DNA of 64,000 nucleotides from Lingula anatina (taxonomy: Eukaryota; Animalia; Brachiopoda): contig CM120644.1 in the NCBI GenBank assembly GCA_051362555.1, forward strand, positions 13,166,567 to 13,230,566, read 5' to 3'. This document shows, piece after piece, positions 1 to 13,722 of the stretch (its first letter is position 1; each line of letters begins with the position of its first letter). The translations under genes and the position numbers were made by a program. Under the pieces are notes generated by a model that was not told the origin of the DNA, searched no databases, and was given only the letters and a program-made list of their open reading frames with translations.

Positions 1-3000
1 GCGTCTGAACTACTTTTTGGACTGGAGATACGTTATGAAATGGCCCCCGGCTGGAAACACCTTCTTTCCAGATACCTTCATACTCGTTCCCTGTTATCAT
101 TTGTAAAAGATCAGTTAATCACCGGTCAGACAGATGGCAAAGCTTTATCTTGCTTTTTCATTCGTTCCGGCCGGACATTACGGGAATACCTATCTAGTGC
201 AGCGTCGTAAACAGCCGCTTAAGAAAGGTAAAACTATTTCAGAAGCCTCCTCTATGCTGGTAAATACTTATTAATAGCCCGAAACAACTAGAAAGTTGTT
301 AGACATTTAGAGTTTACATGACTTCCACGGAACCGATTATGTAAGAACGTCGTGCGCTGTTTGGCACAATAACTTTGGTCTGGTGCTTGTATTTATGAAA
401 GGGATGTCATATTTATAGAATAAAGCTTTAGTTAACACGAGAACAGCGCTCAGAGGTGTTAAAAATAACAAATCGTTTAAGGATATTTCGGAACTATTGG
501 ATTTCATGTCGCTGAGTGCTTTTCACATATCTTTGTTTCACAAAATCGTGTTTGGTTCTTGATTATTCTTCGACAAGAGCTGAGGCAAGCCGTTTATACA
601 AAACATATTATTTTCAAATGTGCTTAATAAGGCACAATGTAAAAAAGCTCTAGGCATGATGAAGGGATTTATGATTCAGAGATTAGAAATTGCTTATTCA
701 TAAATGCATATCACTACTCAGTCTAAGCATCATGTTAAGGTCTTTAAAGTGGAGAGAGCAAGGTAATATTATTGACGACCCAGACTTTATGAAAATGACC
801 AGCAATAAGATGTTGTCAAATCGATCACTTTGTTTAAACTATACCGTTTTTTATGCAAAAGGTAATTCGCCTGGACCCACGTTTTCGCGACTTTCCGATT
901 TCTTGGCCAGGTGGTTGTTGCGGTGAACTGACATGCCTCTTCCGGGAATTAAACTCGTAACTTTGAGTAATTACCAATTTTTTGCAACCATGCACGTCAC
1001 CGACTGCGCCGCGACCGGCACGCCCAGCCTGTGTGTTTCCTCTTATGTATGTGAACATCTGTGTCCAAGACAGCGGAGTTACCACGGAGCGGCAGACGCT
1101 TCTTTGGCAGGCACCTGATCAAATGGAAACTTTCCACCTTGTCACGGTCAGAAGCCGACACTTTCCTAGATAGATAATTTTTGTGACTTTGTTTTAGCTG
1201 AGATTTAGTTTGGCTTCACCCATAACGTTAAAGAGCACAATGGGATCAAAGGCGGTTCACACCGGGTCGGTTTAAATTTCAGCAAGCCCCAGGGAATTTG
1301 GAATCGTTAAAAAAAGTTTAAATGTGTAAAGGCGGGTGCGCTTTCCATTCAGGTAATTGCGATGATGGGAATTTAGAGGAAAAAACTTATTTGGCAAATA
1401 GTTCCGCCGAGAAGATACCATTTCTTTCTGCTGTACGCGGTTTACAGGTGGTTCGACGTAATGTTATAACGAGAAAGCTACTGAATCAATTCAAGTTTGG
1501 ACCACTTATGCTAAACTATACCGATTTTTATGCAAAATGTAATTTGTACGGAACCACGAGAGTCCGCGCATCTGGGGAACTTATAGTAATCAAACACATT
1601 TTTTTTTAGAAATTATCTCTAGTAAATACGTTGCCTGTAACATTATAGGATTTGAACCCACGTGTATGTATCTAGCTACACTGTATGCCCAAGACAGCGG
1701 AGTAACCACGAAGCCTTGTCACGATGAGGGCCAGTTTGGATGTACATGTACATGTATAAATTTGTAATAGACATCGATAGTCCGGGTGCCGTGCAAATGC
1801 ATTTCATCCCGCCCCAGTTCCCTCAGAAATCACAATTTGCAAAACATAACGGAACAAAAGCGTGTGTTTGACACCTATTTTGTAATTGTGTGTCGCAGTA
1901 ATCGATTGCATCATTCACTTTCCAGAATGTTTTTTTATGACACGTTGTAAATCAATCGATTGTAGGTTTATACCACATTGGTGTATATAATTTTGTTGAA
2001 AGCCAATACACTCTTAGAATTAAGAATGCATTATTAATAATCTCCGAGGACAATATTTATTTATACAGTATTAATATTAATGTTAATACGTACAAAGTAT
2101 TAACGTTCGCGCTAAAGAAATCGACACCGTTCAATAACGTTTGACGTCAGCAGACAAGTTAGGCCAGCATAACCATAATCATGTTTTGTATTGGCAATGA
2201 AAATATTAATATCAATTTATCTTGCCACCACATGTTGGATTGGAAAGCTATAGATAAGATGTAAATGCATGGAATAGTAAGAAGAAACAAGAAGTAACGG
2301 AGTTGAAAGCATATGGTCTACAAAAGAACGGTGGCCAGCCTCTGTATTTCCATTTTAGTCCAAATTTATTCAGGGGGTCTTCTGCCGAGCTGGTGACTGT
2401 GGTGACTGTGGTGACGACGGATGACGTAAGTCACTCTTGTTCAGAACGTGAACGGTGGTATAGCCTTAACTTTAAACAACGGATCGACATGACTGCAAGC
2501 GAAATGTAGATGGCTGAGTGATGTCAAGTGAATTATGATGGATCAGCTGTCATGGGTGACCCTCCTAGGCGTAGTGATGATTTCAACAGCGCGGTTTAGT
2601 TTATTTCATACAGAGGTGAGTGACCGTAACTGAAGGCCAGAATACATTCATCCGGCATTGAAGTTCATGAGGTGTATCTATAGCTACAGTGTCTGTATAC
2701 AGCATGCATACGGCAGCTAAATTCAGAGTTGTTAATTTCCATGACAAAGTGGTTCTGATAGACCATGAAACATTGAAGTGGAAATTGGAAATAACTCCGA
2801 GTTTATCTGTTACAGTCTCATACATATGATTGCGTTAAAAAACTATTATTGGGACTTTATAACGCATTCATGAATGAGAAATACCACCGGGCATGGACGC
2901 TATCATACGTTTTAAGAATGTCCACGCAGGCTTAGAACTTAGATCAACGGTCAACTAAAAAATTGCGAGTTGTGAGCAGGGAGCCACGTACCACTCGCGA

Positions 3001-6000
3001 GAATTACTGCGGAATTCAATGAGGCAACCGGGGCTGATGGTAAGTTGCAATTAGCGGAATTGCACTCTGATATACTTTCCTCTACTTTGTCATCCCGTGG
3101 GCACAATTAATGCCATTTTGACAAACGTTGCCTTCTTTATGAAAAGCTTTTTCAAATCATCATTGCTTTGAAAAATCTTGTTCGCATCTGAAGAAGGAAT
3201 ACGTTTTCGCTTTTCACCGTCAGCCAATATCCTTAAAGTTGCGACGCTTTTGTTACATTACACTGTGCCGATAATTACGATTAAACTCGATTTCGTAAGC
3301 AGTAATGATGCCAGATGTATCAAAAGATGGCAATTTTTCATTCAATTGTTCACTCGCTTTCGAAATTGTATCCCAGACGTGCGTTTCCCTCTGGGTGGCG
3401 ATAGATGTAATATCCGCATCTACGGTGAAGGAAATTGGTTTTCATCAGCCCCGTGTCTTCCAAGCAGCATAAAGGTGATTGAATTAGCAAAACGTTTTGA
3501 TCATTAAAGAGGCTTTAATAAGAATTATGAAAAGGCGGTAGGTTGAGTAGATCAGCTAATTTCTTACACCGTTGTTATTTTAGTTATTTCCATCAAACAG
3601 CATTGGGCGTTAGTGATATGTCCGTTTGTCTGTATTCCAAACCTAAGACTGTAAATGTACCCGTTGCCCTAAAATACGAGTCAGATCATGTTATTGAGGC
3701 GGGACCAGTACTCTAGATGTAATGAAATGGCACGTCAAATTGAGCAGACGTATGTAATTTGGTCAGATAAATGTGGAACAGATAACGTCTGTTGCTTTCG
3801 TTTTTTCTTTTTTTTCCCCGACAAATTGGCAATGGTAAGATCTCCTTCTCCCAAAACAATTTTTCTGTGAGAAATTTTTAATGATTTCTGTGATTAGACA
3901 AATGTGCGCCAGGCTTCATTTTACATCGTCTATGCTTCCCAGTGTTGGATGATGATGGGATTTACTGACACGTTTTTTTTTATCGGCGAGGCGGACGACA
4001 TGACTAGGTTCGGTCGTATCATCTTCATGCAGTTAATGTACAGACTCCACCTTCCAACAAGCAAACGCAATTCTTTCAAAGTTATGACTTCGCGATTCCC
4101 TTGATCGTGATTAAACAGCCTGTCGTCGTTGTCAACCACGGTAGCGTTAAGTGGCCGCGTTCTTCTCTCAGCGGAACAGTAGCTAGAGTTAATCAGACAT
4201 CCAGGAGGTATAATCAATGACAGTGACGCTGGGGATGCTGGCTAGAAACTCTACACTAATTGGGCTTACTTAAGTGCCTGAATTGGCAGCCAGGTGACTT
4301 GTAATTTATTATTACTTCCTGGATGGCCCAATTTGACTTCTGTCGATGCCGACTGCGCGTCAAGCAATGATCTTTGTTTCCATATACCTGCATTATTATT
4401 GTTATTATTATTATTATTATCATTGTTTTTGTCTGCAAACCTGGCAAAAGTCATACATATCATCCTGTTCATTTTCTTTTCTCTCAGTGAAAACTTACAC
4501 GCTAGACCGTAAGTGCATGTATTTATAGTTTTGATTTGTATTATTTTGTACATTTATTTAATAAATCATTTTTTCTGGACAACGTATTTAGAAAATACGT
4601 TCTTCTATAAGCTCTCTTTGTCTGAAGCTCATTCAAACATATTTGCCCTCAAAGATTGGGTCTTTTTAATTGATTTTAAAATGCTTCATGAGTATGTAAA
4701 TATTTATAACATATAGCATTAGCATGAAAATGATAATATCATGACAGGGGGATGGATAAAAGATGATGGTATTAATTAAAAGTGTGTATAGGGGTTTTCG
4801 GTAATTTTTTACATAGATTTTTGAATTGTCATGCGTAGCATTGGCATGCAAATTAGCACACACGCAACACACATGCAAACATACAGACATGCACACAAAC
4901 AAATACATATACATATATTTTTGCCGTGGAGACTGCAGCTTTAGCGGAGGTCTGCGCTCTCGGAGTGCTTTTTTGTCAGGGAAATTGAATATTTGAGTAG
5001 GGAACAGGATTGGAAATGCTTTCTATTATTTTGACGTTTGCAGTTTCTCTTCTTGATATGGTGCTACGATTATTGTGATTTATTATATTTTTCCTGCCTA
5101 ATTAAAGAAGTGTTTGTGTCTTCGAGTTAATGTTTAAATACGCAACAGATTTTTTGGAGTTATGTGTACTTCACGAACGCCATTTGCAATAAGATTGTAC
5201 AAAACACAAAGAACACAGACGTTTATAAAACAGAACAATAATATTGTCTTAGAAAATTCAGCAATATCCATTTAAACGCATTGCTTTACCCTCTATAATG
5301 CCTCTTGGAAAAAGAGTACGATCCTTAAACTAATTGCCTGGTTCTAACTATACGTTTTTAAAGTAATAGACGGGAGATATTCATCAAATGCCATCTCTTT
5401 TTCAAGAGTAGCTCAAAAACCAGAAACTTTAAATTCCATTGGCAGCTGTATGCATATATATGCATTAAAAATGTAATATATTTAGAAAAAAGGGAAACGT
5501 GTTGTAACGTCCACGAAAAGTTATGATTCGTTTTACATTTATGAATGAATATATCGTAGAATACGGGCCTTAAAAGCACCGTATTTTCTGGTAAACACTG
5601 GTAACATTTAGTGCATGTATAGCAATCTGATTGACACAAAGGTGCGGAAATAATATGGCATTAATCACAGTTAATTCATTCTTGTCGGTAGTTTAATTTT
5701 TTTTTTTTTTTTTGCTGAGTTAATCATAATATCATAATATATGAATTAATGTTTAAGAATAAAATAGACTTAATAATAATAATAATAACGAGACGGAAGT
5801 GTAGATGAAAAATGTTTCATATTCGGATGTGTTCAATGAGAAACCACTGCTATCGTTAATTGTCCAAACTAAATCTGTGGCTAAATTCAAATGCTCGAGT
5901 TTTTATAGGAAATGAAGCGTGCCAGCAAATCGAATGGCAGTAGATATCAATCCCAATACATATACTGTTGAATTTAAATACCATTAAATGCTCATTTTTA

Positions 6001-9000
6001 TTAACAAAATAATGAGACCAAATGTAAGTCATTAGAGTTCGGAAAAGACAAATAATCGTTTATACATGAAGGGCAGAGTACCAGTGCACTGTCGACCATG
6101 TTCTTATAATTTCAACACGCAATGTAAGTCAGTATTAATAATTTGGTTAGGTCCGATAAGTGAACTCTATATATATATATAGTTATTGAACCTCTGGGCA
6201 CTGCATATGCATACGAATCTCAGGGCAATAGCATTCTTTCTTAAGCATCTCGAAAATCATTCGTCAGTTTGATTGACGTGCCGGCCCGCCTTTGAGAGAT
6301 CTGCGTGTTAAATAAGTCCACTTCGCTTACGATCACCAGACCCAGAGCTCTTAATTAATTGTAATGGAGCCGACTTTCCTGACAGCCGTTCAAAGGAAAC
6401 CTCAGTGCCAGATTTAATCGCTGAATTTAGACGTGCTTTTAGTGCAAGAGATGCTCATATTTATTATCGTTGCCATAGTCTTTCCAGAAGGGAAAAAGCA
6501 GCACATAGTCAGAGCGGCGAGTAAATATTGAAGTGGTGAGTTACATTATACATTTTGTAATCGTTAAACATGAAGTGTGTTTTACATGTATATACTATAC
6601 ATGTTTGCAGCGATATATGTTCGATTCTGTGTTAGGGATTTTTATACTGTATACATAGTAATCGTCCAAAGTGAAAGAAGCGAGGGTCCTTTTGTTTATT
6701 CTGGATTTTAGCAAATCTAAGAAAGAAGACGAAAACACGATGCATAACAAAATAAAGGGATTGCACGGATTCCATAAACGATGCAATAACAATAACTGGA
6801 CATGCAAAAAATAAAAACGTGCAACGCTTAAATGATAATTCCATCAGCAAGCTCAGATTCTTTCTTAAATATTCGTCTATAATAAGAGCCTGTGGTATCA
6901 TGGCCAAAGCTATTACTGGACTGCTGCGGCTTGTTCTACAATTCAAATTACAAGTCACTAAATTGCATCTACCGGGTTGGAAAATTGCGGTATCGAAATA
7001 GCCCAGGTTAACCAATACCGTATTTTCGGAATTGCCATGAACCTGTTCAATCATGCAGTGCGTCAGTATAGGATACACTCTGGTGTCGTAAAACAATTTT
7101 GCTATAAATATCTAGAAATATGATTTGCTACCTTTTGATAACTTTTAATAAGAAAATACAACCTAAATTACTTAGTCACCGCTTAGCGTTTGGCATGCGT
7201 AATCGTGCCATGAGATATACATGTACATGTAGTTTCTCAATGCACTGTAGATGGCGCCCTGTGGTGGAAGAAATACAGGAGAGATCCTCTTCCCGTCGGT
7301 TGCGCTAATGTCCTATGTTGGTTTCTTCAGTTTAAGTGTAATAAATCCAGATAGAGGAAAATGTGACTGAAATTAAAACATGAGTTTTGCATATGTGCAT
7401 GGCTTCAAACGTAAATTACTTTGGGAGGAAGATACATTTTCCCCATTAAATTTGCATACCAGACTTCATGTTGTTCAAATTTGAATAGATAACTATTAAC
7501 ATTTATTGCCCTTCTCATCAAAAGCGTATCTCACACCCTGTAGATATTTTATTCATATATGTGCCTGGTAATTTTGTATTCGCCAAACATAAAATCATTA
7601 TATATAGTCAATGTGTGGGCAAACACATATTTTCATATTGAATCAGCGTCTAGGCAGGGTTTGGTTGGATGTCAAAACTTATATAAATAGACACTCTTTG
7701 GCCGATAGATACATCAAAGGTCCAAACTAAGCCTACGCTTGCCAAATATCCACTTTGTAATCTCTGAGAATGATGAATATCTGCGGTCACTGTTTCCTTG
7801 CTTTGGCAAAACACCAAGGTAACTTGTGTTACGAGGAGGATGTGGCGTGCCTGGAACGTTCCGTGACCATGAAAGACGTTATAATCAAAGTGTTTTTTGC
7901 TGCCTATATAATGTATCAGTTACTGATAAAAAAGTCTATTCAAAATTATTCATATGCCTTTTTTATTTTGTTTATTTATTGTTGGACGGGATTTGAAAAT
8001 GATGTAAATACAGAAGAAGATCGGTGAATTTATTTTCTTATGAAATACGCATCTTATCATTAGTGCAAAAATTAAATACTTTTAAAGTAAAACTTCCTTT
8101 TTGTTTTATACACTACTCCACGCTCTTCTGCACTCAGGATAGCAAAGTATATAATATCAGTTTTGCTGTTTTGTAAATTGGCGTGAGACTGCTGTATTAT
8201 TATCATTATGGCAGTTGGCATGGGTGACGACTACTGTGCCAACTTTTTAAACCGGTGCCATCGCTTGTTTCTACAGTTTTTTGCGATATGAGTCGGTATC
8301 GCTCAGAAAGAAAGATCTGTCCTGCAACCTGCAATGATATTGTGGTAAAGGCGGTGTATGGTATTTCATATTTTCTTCTTTATGAGGGTTAATAGGCGCA
8401 AGAGAGCTGATAAAAGATACGTCGATCTCTCGGGACTGGTAGTCCAGCTTTAACTTCGCGTGTGCGCTGGACTTCGATCATTCTGATATCCGCCTCGCCA
8501 GTTGTTTAGCTTAATCGTCCATACACATATGAAACCCCATATAATATTGAAGCACGCCGTGTCCTGTTTTGGTTACGTCAAATTCACCAGTGATTCTGTG
8601 TTCTGTTTCCCGTGGATTTAATTTTTTTTTTCTTGTTGACGTTGTTGTTGAATTAAAATAAATTTACATTCTCAAAAAAATGGAGTTGCATGCCCCTTTT
8701 TTTACACGCAGAACCTGGAAGGTTTTCTCACGGTGGCAGAAATCCAGTTGGCTGCTTTTTTATATTTCCTATCATTTCTTGTGAATTTTCCCGCGGGAGC
8801 ACGCGTTAAGCCTACGTTTCTGTATGCAGAACGTCAAAACTGTCGATGCGGGAACTGACTAACTTCATTACCCGTTCTTCACTCAAAGTACCCGAGTCAA
8901 CTAACTGCGTATAATGGCGAAGGTTAATCATACTCGGTTACGTGCTCCTTGTGCGATCAACTCTTAATCAAAACCGATTATTACCAAGATGTTGAGATAA

Positions 9001-10504
9001 CATGCAATTACCAAGATGTCATGGTGGTTTATAATTTCAGGTATGCCTTTAAAGAGTTAGGGAAGATATACAGAGACACTTTGACATATCTGCCGAGGCT
9101 GAGAAAAGACTGGGCCGTGGGTCCACACGATTAAATTGTAATCGGTCCGAAATGGACATCGACAAATAATGCATTGGAAGGTAAGCATTATTGTTACAAA
9201 GTATTATTCCATACAGCAGCGTGCAGAGCCAGGTATCGAAAGAGAACCTAAGACCGAAAGTTGGTCTTTATTTTTAAGGCAGGGAAATTTGACCCATATC
9301 AACTTATACTATTTCAATAGATAAAAGTAAATCGAGCGGTATACTTTGGCGATAGAGTCTGTACCCGTACATTTTCTGACGTCCGATGGTGTACTGGTAA
9401 TTACGCTACACATGGGGTGGGTTGAGTGTTGAGGTTTACGGGTCCGCTTTCACCAGTTCCTCAAAGGTTGGCTCCTTGCTATTAGGTTAAGTTCATCAGT
9501 AAGCCGTTTTGAATATGGGGTTCCATTTAGATAGACATTTTACTAATACCAAATCCACCGACTTAATTGTCAATCTCTCAAAATGGACTGGTCCAGTTAA
9601 ATGTTCCGCTCGATGTGAAAAGTGCGTCTCTTTTTAATCTCTCACATTGCGTCGCAAAACTATACTGTTCGTACCAAAAGGACCTGATTAAACGGAAGAT
9701 TTTTTTTAAATTAGTAAACAGACGAAATATTACATTTCAGCTGACTTCAAAGCAGATTTGAAACTTGTGCGTTTTAACCCTTTAAAAACGTTCACGTTTA
9801 GCAAAGAAATGGATAATTATACTATACCAGTATATGACTCTAGGCAACCTTAGCTGGTCACAATAATGAGGCAATCAAGGATTGCATTGGTTAGCCAAAA
9901 ACCCACAGGGGTTTTTACGAGAGAAATCAAATGAGATTTTCTTTAATAACATAGTTTTTGTGTTTCTTAATTATATATATATATAGTTTTTCTTCGACGT
10001 TACCGCGTATATTCTTAACCTCCACAAGGGGCTTATCTAATTGATTTGAGATGATGGACGAATATAATGGACATCCTGCAACACTTGCCCTGTCCATTTC
10101 CTCCACACGACTTTAATAAGTCCCCTGGGTGTGCGCCTGCTGGCAAACTGAGAAGAATGAGAAAATTGGAAAATTGTAATTGTTGTAATTAACATCATCA
10201 GGAAATTGTCCCTCTAGCGTGTGACTTTTTTCAAAAATAAGATGGACTGTTAACGTAATTTTAGAATGCATTCCATTGGCTACGCACGCAAGCGTTCTAA
10301 TTTTGTATTTCGTGTCTTGCGTTTATGTTTTGCTAAACTATTCCGCTTGTGTATCACGAATGTTTCTTACGGATATTTAAATGTCTATTGTTGGCAATTT
10401 TCCTGGATCAATTCAGAGCAGTAACTTAATGATCGATTAGCTTGATGTGATGGAAAGATGCCGTGCTTTAATATCCGAATATGTTTTACATTATAAACAA
10501 TACA

Positions 10505-10508
<4 letters not shown>

Positions 10509-10590
<82 letters not shown>
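10509..10590. repeat. Compound (TC)n(TA)n microsatellite
   Basis: Read directly from the sequence. Confidence 0.95.
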
Positions 10591-10593
<3 letters not shown>

Positions 10594-13098
10594 TGGCAAC
10601 TTGAGTTATGTCTAATTATATTTCATCAAAACTTCAATCAGTGGGAACTGTCATGTTTAGGATACAAGCCACTTTCTGTTGGACGCTCACACAAGTGCAT
10701 GTTATATGTAACTGAGGCATAAAAATATCCGTTAATATTTTCGATATATAACTCTCCGTCAAACGAAAAGGGTTGTTTCTTAAAGGTACCTGTTTCTTTG
10801 GTTATAATTGGGAAGGAACCCAATAGAGGACATTCATCAGATAAGTTCCCGGTTTAACTAATTTCATCATTCATAACGTCACTAATACAGATATGTTTTG
10901 TTTATTATTTACATTTTCCAAACATCCCACCTACTCCAATATTCCTTCCATTGTCTTCAAGACTGACCATGTCAGTTATTCCAAAATGTGTATGTAAGTT
11001 TTAACATAAAGCCTTGCAATACTTGCTTTTGAAGGTCTTTTGAAGCAATATCTCAAAGCATTGCTAAAACAATACGTTATGAAAAAGCATGCATTAGTTT
11101 TGTTCAAATACACGGTGTACATGTTATCCCTGTCTACTCACAATTTTATAGTACATGGCAGTACAATGAGTTTATCTAGTCAGTGTAGTCTCTTGGGAAA
11201 TATTAGAAGTAAATGATATATCATAGACACAACAGGTCAAACACAACGAACTTCAACGAACATCTCTTTTCATGAATGATACATTATGCTATAGTCTCGT
11301 GTAATAATTCACACTACACCATCGGCGCAGTTAGGTGTTGACGTGCATATTTCATTACGTAGATATATAGGGTGGCTCACAAAAACGTTATCTATTTACA
11401 AGCTCAATTACTTCAACAGTTTTACAATTTTTGAATTGAAAGTTTGTACAGGCTTGCGATGCATTATTAACGGTCAACCCTGACAATTTCAAGTGATAAA
11501 GTGAAACAGTTTTGATATTCAGTAATACCAAACAAAAATCATTGACAGGCTCAAAACTGAAAGATACTGGGACCTGTCCGAAGCCACATAGGCCGGCGCA
11601 TGGCATTTTTGACTTTTTATTTCAATTTTCCGTTGTACCTAAACTAAGAAAGCTGAAGTCATTAAATTTTTGGGACTTTTTTTAAAATAGCATTTTCCTA
11701 AAATGAGGCACGCGAGGTTTACGTTTTTCCTCATTATAGACCGCACAAACGAGAAGCGCAATGGATCACCCTATCCCACGAAGGAGAAGATCATGCAATT
11801 ACGCGTCTCAGGTTAAAGCAATCAGACACGTTATTGACTCTGGTAACGACATTTCTGTGTATCATTTCCCGGAGGGGCCATTGACGCGCGCCTAAGTCAT
11901 AAATAGTTGACTGATATCCATTGTAATTATTAGAGAGGTGCGCCTTAAAGATGGACGCGTGTGGTGTTACTATTTTTGATGACATATGCGACACCCTTTT
12001 CCCTGGAGAGCAGACCATGTTTGCATCAAGAGAAAAAGTTAAAAAGTATTAGAAAGACAAGAAATGGCTAATGGTGCTTTTGGGCGTTTACGGAGATAAT
12101 TGTGCTGTATGGATATTATGCGTACCAGTAAATGCTTTTATATTAATTAAAAAGACAGCGTCTATTTTTGTTACATATTCCAAATGTTAATATACTAAAA
12201 CCAGTGCGTTTAGTATTGGTTTGTATTTTAGGCTTCGCACTTATACCAGGACTGCTTATGTTTTTTTTTTTCTTATGTTTATTTGCAAAAACCGATATAA
12301 ATATAAGTTCATGTTAATAGCTGGAAGTCAATGTGACTTCTATATAATAAACGCATGTACAGTGACTGAAACGACACTTATGCGCACTTCCGAGAAGAGT
12401 TGAAAAGAAAATACAGATCTATACAAAATATACCAGATAAATTGAACATGTTTAACCTAGATAAAATTGACAGTCTTAAAAAGAAATAAAATTAATATGA
12501 CTATTAACAGAAGTTGACCAGATTGCAAGGCTGTTAGAAAGTTACTGTCAAACTAAAAGGACCCATCAAACTTGCGTGAGCAAAAGCAATTTTTTCTGCT
12601 CACCCGCCTCGTCGTCTGTTTGGATAATTGGGTAGCACCTGGCCACCGATACACCATTCCTATTGCAACTCCTGTTCACCCACTGAGGTCATGTTTTGCC
12701 ATTAACCTCATACGGGAAATTGAGATTAAGATACCGTTATCAATTAAGTGTGACCCTTCACTGCTGTTTTTGTTAACGTTAAAATACCGCAGTGGGCGTT
12801 CATGTGGTTTAGAACCAATGGAATTAATCTTTAAAAACGCACGCTGCGCTTGCTTGGTCTTGGTCTATTTGTTCTAGTGGCGACAGTTATAGAGTTAATG
12901 CCAGCCGTCATAAGGTGACAGCTGTGCTGATTACAATCGGCTCAATCACAGTGGTCTTGCTTGTGGTCAGTCTTGCTGTAGTGTGTATTGATTACAACTT
13001 ATCAAATTGGCCGATTGCTTGACCACGCTGTGGCCCTTGTATGATGAACTTAAAAAGCGTAAAGGTCCTAGTGTACTGGGTGGTTGATGCAGAATCTT

Positions 13099-13379
13099 GG
13101 GTCAGGTTCTCAAAATAGGCTTAAATTGCAAATTGTTCATTGGTTGAAGATTTATGACTATAGTTTGGTCTACTTGACCCAAGATAAATCAATAATAGTC
13201 CAATGATTGCGCATGGTTAAGAACGAGAAAGTAATGGCTATTCTTTTCTTTTCAGACTTCATAAAAATAACTTCACGTGAGTAAAATACTGTGGCTCTAT
13301 CATAACCTGAGGCATACCGAATTTTTGGTGTTTAAGTTTAGTCCAATTTTCAAGTTAAGTAATTTTGTGAACCCGGCTC
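13099..13379. mobile_element. Old degenerate Harbinger-like MITE (~280 bp)
   Basis: Imperfect terminal inverted repeat: GGGTCAGGTTCTCAAAA..CTTAAATTGCAAATTG versus CAATTTTCAAGTTAAG..TTTTGTGAACCCGGCTC. No clear TSD. Confidence 0.5.
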
Positions 13380-13676
13380 AGCTAATGCTTTCTGAATGGT
13401 TGCTCGTGCTCTTGACCTCGCAGTAGGGAGATTCGATTAAAGATGACCCCTGCGAATGCTACTGTAGACCCCTACATTACTCGCGTTCCGCGTGCTACTC
13501 GAAACTCGTTAAGATAAAGGGAGCGCTAACCTGCAAATGATGCACCGAGAATTGCCCCTCATAAATGATTAAGATAAGACCTCTTCTGTTCGGTGGATAG
13601 TACGATTAGAAAGCCTGTTCATTACGGGAGAAAGCCTGTTCATGATCGCCCTCCTCTTTATATGTACCTCTCTCTT

Positions 13677-13679
<3 letters not shown>

Positions 13680-13716
<37 letters not shown>
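13680..13716. repeat. (TC)n microsatellite
   Basis: Read directly from the sequence. Confidence 0.9.

Positions 13717-13722
<6 letters not shown>

Noticed and set aside
4939-4974. GCGGAGGTCTGCGCTCTCGGAGTGCTTTT, reminiscent of a Helitron-like repeat 3' end
   Set aside because: No CTAG terminus or recognisable 5' end; cannot be supported without a library search.
6632-7096. 154-aa minus-strand ORF (and similar ORFs at 3178-3507, 14065-14460, 33969-34325)
   Set aside because: Non-ATG starts, no recognisable motifs, and composition consistent with chance ORFs in intergenic DNA.
11368-11530. Possible Tc1/mariner-like left end (TA-TAGGGTGGCTCACAAAAACG)
   Set aside because: No matching right TIR was found nearby.
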